NCBI GenBank assembly: GCA_945641355.1
Contig: CALZEQ010000002.1
Span: 56,587-120,586, forward strand
Reading direction: 5' to 3'
DNA: 64,000 nucleotides
DNA from: an uncultured Mediterranea sp.
GTDB lineage: Bacteria; Bacteroidota; Bacteroidia; Bacteroidales; Bacteroidaceae
Position 1 is the stretch's first letter, and each line of letters opens with the position of its first letter. Made by a program: the position numbers and the translations under genes. A model generated the notes under the pieces. That model was not told the DNA's origin. It was given only the letters and a program-made list of their open reading frames with translations, and did no database searches. Shown here piece after piece: positions 57,222-64,000 of this stretch.

Positions 57222-57534
57222 ATCCTATCTTTTTATAGAGACCTTTCGGATGCAAACTTATAAAAAATCTGCGATTATTAAGCCTGTATGAGAAAAAAGA
57301 AGACTCAACAAAAATACTTTTGAAGAAAATTAAAACAGGCTCAAAATCTCTCTGATAAATTGATTCTGATGAGTAGGGTGTGAAAATAGCTTTCCTCGTT
57401 GCAAATAGACAATATTTGCATGAATTTCGATAATCATCTACCTTTCGGACACTCAATTTTGCAAATCGGGCACTATTTGGGCAGTGCCTTCCATCCAAAC
57501 TCACGAACTTTGGGCCAGTATTCATTTTATGGTC

Positions 57535-58331
57535 ATGATAAAGAGATTCATGTATGGAACCCTTCCTTATGTAGCCTGCCTGTTGTTCAAGAGAGATTCT
57601 GTAAACCTGACGTATTACCGATACATTCATCGGCATGGATATCGCAACCACTTGTATGAATTCAGGGAAGAATACGAAGCCATGCGGGTAGAGGTGCGGC
57701 AAGATGCAGGACGAAACTTGCCGTACGTCATCAACCGACAGGGACGACGGCTCTATTTCAAGCGAGGAACTTCTGTTGATAAGATAGAACGCATGTATCG
57801 TGCCCTTGTAATGGAGCAAGACCCCCGTTCGCCCCATCGCTATTTGGACTGTACGGACGAAGCAAAAGGATATACCTGGGTGGATGCAGGATGTGCCGAA
57901 GGATACACTTCGCTGGAGATGGTAGAAGAGGTGGATCACCTCTATCTGTTTGAATGTGATGAGGCGTGGATTGAGGCGTTAGAGGCAACCTTTGCCCTGT
58001 GGAGGGAGAAGGTGACAATCTGCGCAGATGGGTAGGAAGTAGTGATGACGACATGGGTGTGTGTCTGGACAGCTATTTCCGCACAATAGGTGCACCACGC
58101 CTGTTTTTGAAGATGGATATTGAAGGTGCTGAGCCGAAAGCCTTGCAAGGTTGTAAGGAACTGTTTGCCACGCGCAATGTACGGTTTGCCATCTGCACCT
58201 ATCATCACAACGATGAACAGACCATTCCGCCTTTACTAAAATAATACGGCTGCCGTTTTGTAGGGCAGACAGGCTACTTTCGACGTAAAAAGCGTATCGT
58301 AGTAGTAAGAGGGGATAACAGAAAGAGATAA
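57535..58331 (+). pseudogene. FkbM-family methyltransferase, disrupted by a frameshift (~58020-58030) and an in-frame TAA (58242-58244)
   Basis: VDAGCAEGYTSLE (SAM-binding-like) lies in frame 1. It continues as RWVGSSDDD...LKMDIEGAEPKAL (FkbM hallmark) in frame 0. After the TAA the frame stays open for 28 further plausible codons, to 58331. Confidence 0.65.
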
Positions 58332-58370
58332 TAAATACAACCATATCATCGACAAGGAAAAGCATCGTAT

Positions 58371-58476
58371 CATGGCATGAAATGGTGGTACAAAGCTATG
58401 AAATGGTCATTTCATGCCATGAAACGACCATTTCAAGCTACATTACGTTTGCAGAAGCCGCTATTTCATGCTATGA
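58371..58476. repeat. Dyad-rich array of ~21-bp units built on ATGAAAYGRYCATTTCA
   Basis: CATGGCATGAAATG (58371-58384) is the exact reverse complement of CATTTCATGCCATG (58408-58421). There is an 18-bp near-palindrome ATGAAATGGTCATTTCAT (58398-58415), an inverted copy ATGAAACGACCATTTCA (58419-58435), and a partial copy at 58461-58476. Confidence 0.8.
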
Positions 58477-58712
58477 TAACCGCCTTCTTGATGTAGGAAA
58501 AGCAACTGTCGGGATGATGTGACTGAGGCTATCTGTCATTCGTGAACGCCGTTTGTGATGCTGCGTTACGTGCGATTTTTGAATGAAAATTGCACATCTT
58601 CTACGAAGATAAGCCCAAATTTGCATGAAAACTACGTAAAAACGAGCCTGAAATGATGCCGTTTTGCTCAAAAATGGGTCATTTTTGTGTTAATGTATGC
58701 AAATCTAAAAAT

Positions 58713-58787
58713 ATCTGCCACACTTTTCTGATACTTAATCCATTTATATAGAGTGTTTTGGCGAGAAGTGTGTGGCAGATGGCAGAT
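58713..58787. repeat. 11-bp perfect inverted repeat ATCTGCCACAC / GTGTGGCAGAT (46-nt spacer) with tandem GGCAGAT
   Basis: Arms at 58713-58723 and 58770-58780. GGCAGAT is repeated at 58781-58787. Confidence 0.75.
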
Positions 58788-58806
58788 AAACAAAACTTTT
58801 CACCCG

Positions 58807-58820
58807 CGCGCGTACGCGCG
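58807..58820. repeat. 14-bp perfect CG-rich palindrome CGCGCGTACGCGCG within an alternating purine-pyrimidine tract
   Basis: Read directly from the sequence. The tract continues as GTGTGCGTGCGTGCG to about 58839, in otherwise AT-rich non-coding DNA. Confidence 0.8.
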
Positions 58821-59015
58821 AGAGGTGTGCGTGCGTGCGGGTAGGTAATAAAATAATAATGTGTAGGGATAGCCTGCTGACACTTTAAATGTTTTCGCTC
58901 TTTTCTTTAAAACTTTCTGCATAAAAGTATAGAACTTCTTGCCCGGAAGTTTAAATACGGTGTGCCCCATCTCTTCTGCTCTTTCCAAGGATGGAGAGGA
59001 CAGGGCCTCGGAATG

Positions 59016-59957
59016 TCAGCGTACTTTGTGTGCAAGCTCTTCAGCCATGGCGGCATTGATTCTTTCGCCCAGCACATAGATGCGGTATGCGAGCGTCAGT
59101 TCCTGGTCGGGCAGCAGGGTGAACGGCTGCTGCTTGGTGGGGGAGAAGTTCCACATCAGGTCGCCTTTGGAGTCGTTGGCCCGGCTGTCCCATACCCGGA
59201 GTGGCTCCGGGTAGTTCAGATTGGAGGGATAGGGGACTATCAGCAGGCAGGCGTCACCCTGGCCCTTCTGCTTCTGGAAGTAGCACCAACGGGCCGTCGA
59301 TGCGTCGGCGTGGTCGCGGTCCGCTCCTTCGGACGTCAGCATTTCGGCCGTCTCTCCGTTCCAGTGTTCCGACACACGGATGCAGAAGCCGCCGTAGCGA
59401 TAGCACTCCAGCGTGACGGGAGCCGAGGTGGCACAGCGCAGCGTGGTGTGATAGTCGATGTAATATCCCCCTTCGCCGGCACAGCCCAGCTGCAGGCGCA
59501 GCTGTTCGGTCATCGCGACCTGCTCGCGCGGTGAGTCGGGATGGACCACGTGGTCGAGTTCGGCAGCGAAACCGTCTGCCTGCACGTCGGTCATCTGCCG
59601 GAAACGTACCGTACCCTCTCTCTTATACAGATTCCAGAAATCAATCTCCTCTCCCTCGAACGTGGTCTTCGTCCAGGCATACCACAGTCCGAAGTGGTGG
59701 TAATGGTCGGACGGAGAGCAGTTGGTCAGCACCTCGCCTTGCAACGAACGCAGCGGGTGGATGAATCCGCTGCGCTTGTAGACCGAGTCGATGCCCTGTG
59801 GCGGGTAGTACGTGGCATAGTGATAGGTGAACAGCGGCTGGCCGTTCAGCGCATACTCCAGCGTTGCACCCGTATCGGTCACGGAGAAGGGCGTGCGACG
59901 GGAACTGCATGATCCGAGCAGCAGGAGGAGGCATAAAAGAGAAATCTGGTATGGCAT
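59016..59957 (-). CDS. PmoA-like (DUF6807-type) lipoprotein
   Basis: Start at MPYQISLLCLLLLLGSC (ATG at 59957). The SDHYHHFGLWYAW motif resembles the HHHG(L/I)W signature of this family. The upstream part of the tracked 525-aa ORF is antisense to coaX. Confidence 0.55.
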   Translation of the reverse strand: MPYQISLLCLLLLLGSCSSRRTPFSVTDTGATLEYALNGQPLFTYHYATYYPPQGIDSVYKRSGFIHPLRSLQGEVLTNCSPSDHYHHFGLWYAWTKTTFEGEEIDFWNLYKREGTVRFRQMTDVQADGFAAELDHVVHPDSPREQVAMTEQLRLQLGCAGEGGYYIDYHTTLRCATSAPVTLECYRYGGFCIRVSEHWNGETAEMLTSEGADRDHADASTARWCYFQKQKGQGDACLLIVPYPSNLNYPEPLRVWDSRANDSKGDLMWNFSPTKQQPFTLLPDQELTLAYRIYVLGERINAAMAEELAHKVR

Positions 59958-60096
59958 GGTCTTTTCTGTTTTTTGATGTGTAACACTTCGGCAAATGTAG
60001 GTAAAATCTGCGAGATTCCGCACCACAGGTCTTAAAGGTTGCTGATGTGTGCGCATAATTCTGCCGTCTTGTACTTGCACTCTCGGAGGAAAACGG

Positions 60097-60104
60097 TACC
60101 TTTG
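60097..60104 (+). promoter_or_regulatory. Candidate -7 box (TACCTTTG) for coaX
   Basis: TAnnTTTG match about 42 nt upstream of the ATG at 60147. Confidence 0.35.
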
Positions 60105-60146
60105 CCCCGCCATACAAATACTCCAATCAGCGTAAACAGAAAAGTG

Positions 60147-60878
60147 ATGAATCTGATTATCGACATAGGCAATACGGCGGCCAAGGTGGCGGTGTTTGAC
60201 AGGGGAGAGCCTGTCGCCCTCTTCCGTACCTCCAACCGTACGCTGGAGTGCCTGCCCGAGGTGTGCCGCAGCTATCCCGTCCGGCAGGCCGTGGCAGCCT
60301 CCGTCATCGACTTGCAACCCGAAGCCGAAGCGCGGCTGGCCGAGCTGCCGGTACCACTCCTGCGGCCGGACGGGCATACCCCGCTGCCCGTCACCGTGAA
60401 GTATGAGACTCCGCAGACGCTGGGCATCGACCGCATAGCCGCTGTGGTGGGGGCGCAGACGTGCGCACCCGGCAGGGATGTGCTGGTAGTGGATGCCGGT
60501 ACCTGCATTACCTACGAACTGCTGGACGCGCAGGGATGCTACTGGGGCGGTAACATCTCGCCCGGCATGCAGATGCGCCTGAAGGCACTCCACGCCTTTA
60601 CCGGTAGGCTGCCTTTAGTGGAGGCGGAGGGGAGGTTGCTGCCTATGGGATGTGACACGGAGAGTGCCATCCGAGCCGGCGTTGTGCAAGGCATTAAGTA
60701 TGAAATAGAGGGGTATATACGCTCGCTGAAACATAAATATCCTCAACTTTTGGTTTTTTTAACAGGCGGCGATTCATTTTCTTTTGATACAAACGTAAAA
60801 AGTATCATCTTTGCAGACAAATTTTTAGTGTTGAAAGGATTAAACCGAATTTTAGAATACAATAATGATAGGATATAG
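60147..60878 (+). CDS. coaX: Type III pantothenate kinase
   Basis: [10 protein letters not shown](A)AK N-terminus and GIDR, VVDAGT, GGNISPG motifs. Confidence 0.9.
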   Translation: MNLIIDIGNTAAKVAVFDRGEPVALFRTSNRTLECLPEVCRSYPVRQAVAASVIDLQPEAEARLAELPVPLLRPDGHTPLPVTVKYETPQTLGIDRIAAVVGAQTCAPGRDVLVVDAGTCITYELLDAQGCYWGGNISPGMQMRLKALHAFTGRLPLVEAEGRLLPMGCDTESAIRAGVVQGIKYEIEGYIRSLKHKYPQLLVFLTGGDSFSFDTNVKSIIFADKFLVLKGLNRILEYNNDRI

Positions 60879-62118
60879 ACAAGCACTGATAGCGCTCTTG
60901 CTCACGGTATTATCCGGGGTGCTATACGCTCAGAATAATACCAATTCCCCCTATACACGGTATGGATATGGAGAGTTGGCCGATCCGGGATCGGGCAACA
61001 GCAGAGCCATGGGCGGTATCGCTTACGGCTTGCGTGACCCGTATCAGACGAATACGGCCAATCCTGCCTCCTATACGGCGGTGGATTCGCTGACCTTCAT
61101 CTTCGATGGTGGAGTCACCCTGCAGAAGGTGAACTTCAGCGACGGTACTTTGAAGCGGAACGCCAACAACTCCAGCTTTGACTACATCACCATGCACTTC
61201 CGCGCCAGCCGTTGGGCGGCTGTCAGCTTGGGTATGCTCCCTTACTCCAATGTGGGCTACAACCTGGGGAGTGCCGTGGAGGAGTCTGAAGGGACACCGG
61301 CACACACGGTGACCTATAGCGGAGAGGGCGGTCTGCACCAGGTTTATCTGGGCCTGGGGTTTAAAATTCTTAAAAATCTTTCTGTCGGAACAAATATTTC
61401 GTATCTTTGGGGAGACATCACACGGACAAGAACGCAGAACATTACCTCAGTGTCGTCTGCATACTCCTTGATCACAATGAGTTACGTATCAATGCGTAGC
61501 TATAAATTGGACTTCGGAGCGCAGTACAGCATGGACTTGGGCAACAAGCACGGGCTGACGCTGGGAGCGGTCTTCTCACCGGGGCACGACTTGAGCACCG
61601 ACTCGTATATGGAAGACTATCTGGGCAGCGGAAGCTATGTCACCACACGCCGCGATACGGTGGCAACGTTCAGCATCCCGATGACGGTGGGATTGGGTGC
61701 CACCTATACATACAACAATCGTCTGACAGTAGGAGCCGACTTCATGTTGCAGACGTGGAACAAGGCCACCTATATGAACGATGAAGATGCCTTCTGCAAG
61801 CGTGGCAAGCTCTCTGTAGGAGCCGAGTATGTGCCCAACCCGATGAGCCGGCACTACTTGAACCGCGTGAAGTACCGTGTGGGTGCCTACTACTCGAAGC
61901 CGTATTACAAGATTGACGGTGAACGTGCGGCTACCGAGTACGGCCTTTCGGCAGGATTTGGCTTGTCTGTGCCCCGCACACGCTCGCTGCTGAGCCTGAC
62001 GGCGCAGTATGTGCGTACCGAGGGCGCGAAAGCGATGTTTCTGGACCAGAATGCCTTCCGCCTCTGCATAGGCGTGACGTTCAACGAACGTTGGTTCTTC
62101 AAGCGGAAGGTGGATTGA
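60865..62118 (+). CDS. Conserved outer-membrane beta-barrel protein (putative porin), function unknown
   Basis: Signal peptide ...GVLYAQ and an alternating barrel-like sequence ending [12 protein letters not shown]. It overlaps the coaX stop by 14 nt. Confidence 0.6.
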   Translation: MIGYRQALIALLLTVLSGVLYAQNNTNSPYTRYGYGELADPGSGNSRAMGGIAYGLRDPYQTNTANPASYTAVDSLTFIFDGGVTLQKVNFSDGTLKRNANNSSFDYITMHFRASRWAAVSLGMLPYSNVGYNLGSAVEESEGTPAHTVTYSGEGGLHQVYLGLGFKILKNLSVGTNISYLWGDITRTRTQNITSVSSAYSLITMSYVSMRSYKLDFGAQYSMDLGNKHGLTLGAVFSPGHDLSTDSYMEDYLGSGSYVTTRRDTVATFSIPMTVGLGATYTYNNRLTVGADFMLQTWNKATYMNDEDAFCKRGKLSVGAEYVPNPMSRHYLNRVKYRVGAYYSKPYYKIDGERAATEYGLSAGFGLSVPRTRSLLSLTAQYVRTEGAKAMFLDQNAFRLCIGVTFNERWFFKRKVD

Positions 62119-62174
62119 TGACGGATGGATTGAAATGTAACAATGATAATTAATAACTTCTAAATGAAAATACA

Positions 62175-63503
62175 ATGAAAATGAAGATGCTCGTGGCTGC
62201 CTTGCTCCTTTCGGGTGGAGTGACCAGCACTTTCGCACAGGTCGAAGATTGTAATAAGAACAGTAGTATCTCGCACGAAGCCGTGAGAGCCGGAAACTTC
62301 AAGGATGCCTACGCTCCCTGTATGGCTGTACTGAAGGACTGCCCTACGCTGAAGTATTATACCTATACGGATGCGGAAAAGATTCTTCGCGCTTTCTTGG
62401 GCGGCATCAAGGATCGCAACAGTGCCGACTACAAGAAGTATTTCGACGAACTGATGGCCGCTTACGACCAGAAGATCAAGTACCTGCCCGACCTGAATGC
62501 CAAGCTGAAAGCTACGCAGCAGGTGTCCGAAGCACGCACCATCGGCGACAAGGCAGTGGACTATCTGCAGTTCGCTCCTTCGGTTGACATGAACCAAGCC
62601 TATACGTGGCTGAAGCAGTCGGTAGACGGTGAGAAGGGCAACTCGAAAGGTGCTACGCTGAACGCCTTCATGGAGACGACCCTGAAGATGGTGCAGGCTG
62701 ACAAGGGCCATACCGACAAGTTCTTCCAGGACTATCTGGATGCTTCCAAGTACATCGAAGAGGCTATCAATACCGAGGCCAAACCGCAGGTGAAGGAGTA
62801 TCTGGAGACGCTGAAGAACAACTTCGTGGCCATGTTCATCAACAGTGGTGTGGCCGACTGCGAATCGCTGCAGAACATCTATGGCCCGCAGGTAGAGGCC
62901 AACAAGACCGACTCTGCCTTCCTGAAGAAGGCCATTGCCGTGCTGAAGATGATGAAGTGTAACGAGTGCGAGGCTTACTTCTCTGCTTCTGAATATATGT
63001 ATCGCATCAATCCTACTTCGGATGCCGCATTGGGCGTAGGTGCCATGTATTATAAGAAAGGTGACTTCGAGACAGCCGTGAAGTTCTTCGACGAGGCACT
63101 GGAGAAGGAACCAGAGAACGCCAAGAAGGCCGAAATCGCTTGCGCTACGGGTGCTGCCCTGTTCCAAGCCAAGAAGCTCTCGCTGGCCAGAAGCTATTGC
63201 CAGAAGGCTATCGGCTTCCGCGAAGACTATGGCGATCCCTACATCCTGCTGGCTTCCATGTATGCTTCCAGCCCCAACTGGAGCGACGAGCCTGCACTGA
63301 ACAAGTGTACTTACTTTGTAGTCATCGACAAACTGCAACGTGCAAAGGCTGTTGACCCCTCTGTAGCAGACAAGGCCAACGAACTCATCTCGACCTATGC
63401 ACGTCACACCCCGCAGGCCAAGGACCTCTTCATGTTGGGTTACAAGGCTGGTGACCGCATCACAATCCAGGGTTGGATTGGTGAGTCTACTACCATCCGA
63501 TAA
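62175..63503 (+). CDS. Secreted TPR-like helical-repeat protein
   Basis: Signal peptide ...TSTFAQ. Helical repeats such as GAMYYKKGDFETAVKFFDEALEKEPENAKKA. Confidence 0.65.
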   Translation: MKMKMLVAALLLSGGVTSTFAQVEDCNKNSSISHEAVRAGNFKDAYAPCMAVLKDCPTLKYYTYTDAEKILRAFLGGIKDRNSADYKKYFDELMAAYDQKIKYLPDLNAKLKATQQVSEARTIGDKAVDYLQFAPSVDMNQAYTWLKQSVDGEKGNSKGATLNAFMETTLKMVQADKGHTDKFFQDYLDASKYIEEAINTEAKPQVKEYLETLKNNFVAMFINSGVADCESLQNIYGPQVEANKTDSAFLKKAIAVLKMMKCNECEAYFSASEYMYRINPTSDAALGVGAMYYKKGDFETAVKFFDEALEKEPENAKKAEIACATGAALFQAKKLSLARSYCQKAIGFREDYGDPYILLASMYASSPNWSDEPALNKCTYFVVIDKLQRAKAVDPSVADKANELISTYARHTPQAKDLFMLGYKAGDRITIQGWIGESTTIR

Positions 63504-63512
63504 CGATTGACT

Positions 63513-64000
63513 ATGGCGCAACGACTGGAGGACGTAGTCTGTCATCATACAAGCATAACCATCGCCTGGGGGGTGATGGTTATGCTTCTTTTATTCTCAG
63601 CCTGTTCGGGACGCAAGAAGGAGCTGGGAGCCGCCATCACCGAGCGCGACTCGCTGCCCGTGCTGGATACGCGGGGCATCACCACGCTGGTGTCTGACTC
63701 GGGCATCACCCGCTATCGCATCCTGACGGAAGAGTGGCTGGTGTTCGACCGCAAGTCGCCTCCCTACTGGGCGTTCGAGAAGGGCATCTATCTGGAGAAG
63801 TTTGATACCCTGTTCCAGGTGGAGGCCAGCATCAAGGCCGATACGGCCTACTTCTACAACAAGGAGGAGCTGTGGAAGCTGATAGGCCATGTCGACATCA
63901 AGAACCTGAAGGGCGAACGCTTCAATACGGAACTGCTCTACTGGGACCAGCGGCGCGAGAAGGTCTATTCCGACCGATTCATCCGCATCGAACAGCCGGA
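63513..64000 (+). CDS. lptC: LPS export system periplasmic component LptC (3' end lies outside the window)
   Basis: This ORF is absent from the ORF track because it runs off the window. The frame is open from the ATG at 63513. It has an N-terminal anchor ITIAWGVMVMLLLFSAC, then DSLPVLDTRGITTLVSDSGITRYRI...PYWAFEKGIYLEKFD...LYWDQRREKVYSDRFIRIEQ, typical of Bacteroidales LptC. Confidence 0.75.
   Translation, partial: MAQRLEDVVCHHTSITIAWGVMVMLLLFSACSGRKKELGAAITERDSLPVLDTRGITTLVSDSGITRYRILTEEWLVFDRKSPPYWAFEKGIYLEKFDTLFQVEASIKADTAYFYNKEELWKLIGHVDIKNLKGERFNTELLYWDQRREKVYSDRFIRIEQP

Noticed and set aside
57214-57939. A 241-aa minus-strand ORF.
   Set aside because: It is antisense to the FkbM pseudogene and has no motifs. 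The FkbM signature on the plus strand explains the region.
58800-58988. A 62-aa ORF (and 58471-58671, 66 aa) in the gene desert.
   Set aside because: Both are short, without promoter or family support, and span low-complexity CG-alternating DNA.
59958-60593. The N-terminal ~210 aa of the tracked 525-aa ORF 59016-60593.
   Set aside because: This part is antisense to coaX and has no protein-like features. The real gene starts at the lipoprotein signal MPYQISLLCLLLLLGSC (ATG at 59957).
63576-63584. ATG at 63576 or 63582 as the lptC start, with the hairpin at 63551-63596 acting as the terminator of the TPR gene.
   Set aside because: Re-reading the frame shows it is open back to the ATG at 63513 and encodes a sensible membrane anchor, so the hairpin lies inside lptC. 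It is reported as a finding instead.
1-64000. A search for tRNA, rRNA, tmRNA, riboswitches, prophage or integrative-element hallmarks, toxin-antitoxin pairs and known defence genes.
   Set aside because: I noticed no T-loop or cloverleaf-like sequences, rRNA-like stretches, integrase, transposase or relaxase motifs, or defence-gene signatures by eye. A profile-based scan (tRNAscan-SE, Infernal/Rfam, DefenseFinder/PADLOC) would be needed to exclude them formally.

Overview
The window looks like a chromosomal segment of a Bacteroidales bacterium. Supporting signs are SusC/SusD pairs, lipoprotein-rich glycoside hydrolases, a NigD-like gene, TAnnTTTG -7 boxes, and psd-pssA / dnaE-trxA / coaX-lptC neighbourhoods. 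Most of it is ordinary housekeeping: birA, tadA, pssA, psd, dnaE, trxA, fmt, a ClC channel, tsaC, recJ, recQ, manA, galM-transporter-galK, lpxB, surE, tsaE, aroA, a tricorn-like S41 protease, a DjlA-like gene, coaX and lptC. Carbohydrate-utilisation genes are a partial PUL (SusC/SusD/GH30/GH2), an enzyme-less SusC/SusD pair and a lone GH3. I found no rRNA, tRNA, CRISPR array, integrase, transposase or recognisable defence island, and no clear-cut novel multi-gene system. The best candidates are: (1) two visibly AT-richer modules, each pairing a roughly 725-aa plug/beta-barrel outer-membrane protein with a receiver-less, membrane-embedded DNA-binding protein. One carries a C-terminal OmpR/PhoB-type winged helix, the other a C-terminal LytTR domain. 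The first has a striking CAAATGTCAG repeat array in front of the receptor promoter. (2) Three intergenic arrays of 21-22 bp tandem repeats with TTC/GAA dyad grammar, unexplained by any gene. (3) A decayed accessory patch at 56.9-59.0 kb with an internally deleted ATPase/nuclease gene, a broken FkbM methyltransferase and a palindrome-rich gene desert. (4) A 5'-truncated DUF4143 ATPase with a 15-bp duplication at its junction. (5) A canonical terminator-like hairpin inside the 5' end of lptC. All functional calls rest on motif recognition by eye, without database searches. Most long antisense ORFs in the track are judged spurious.
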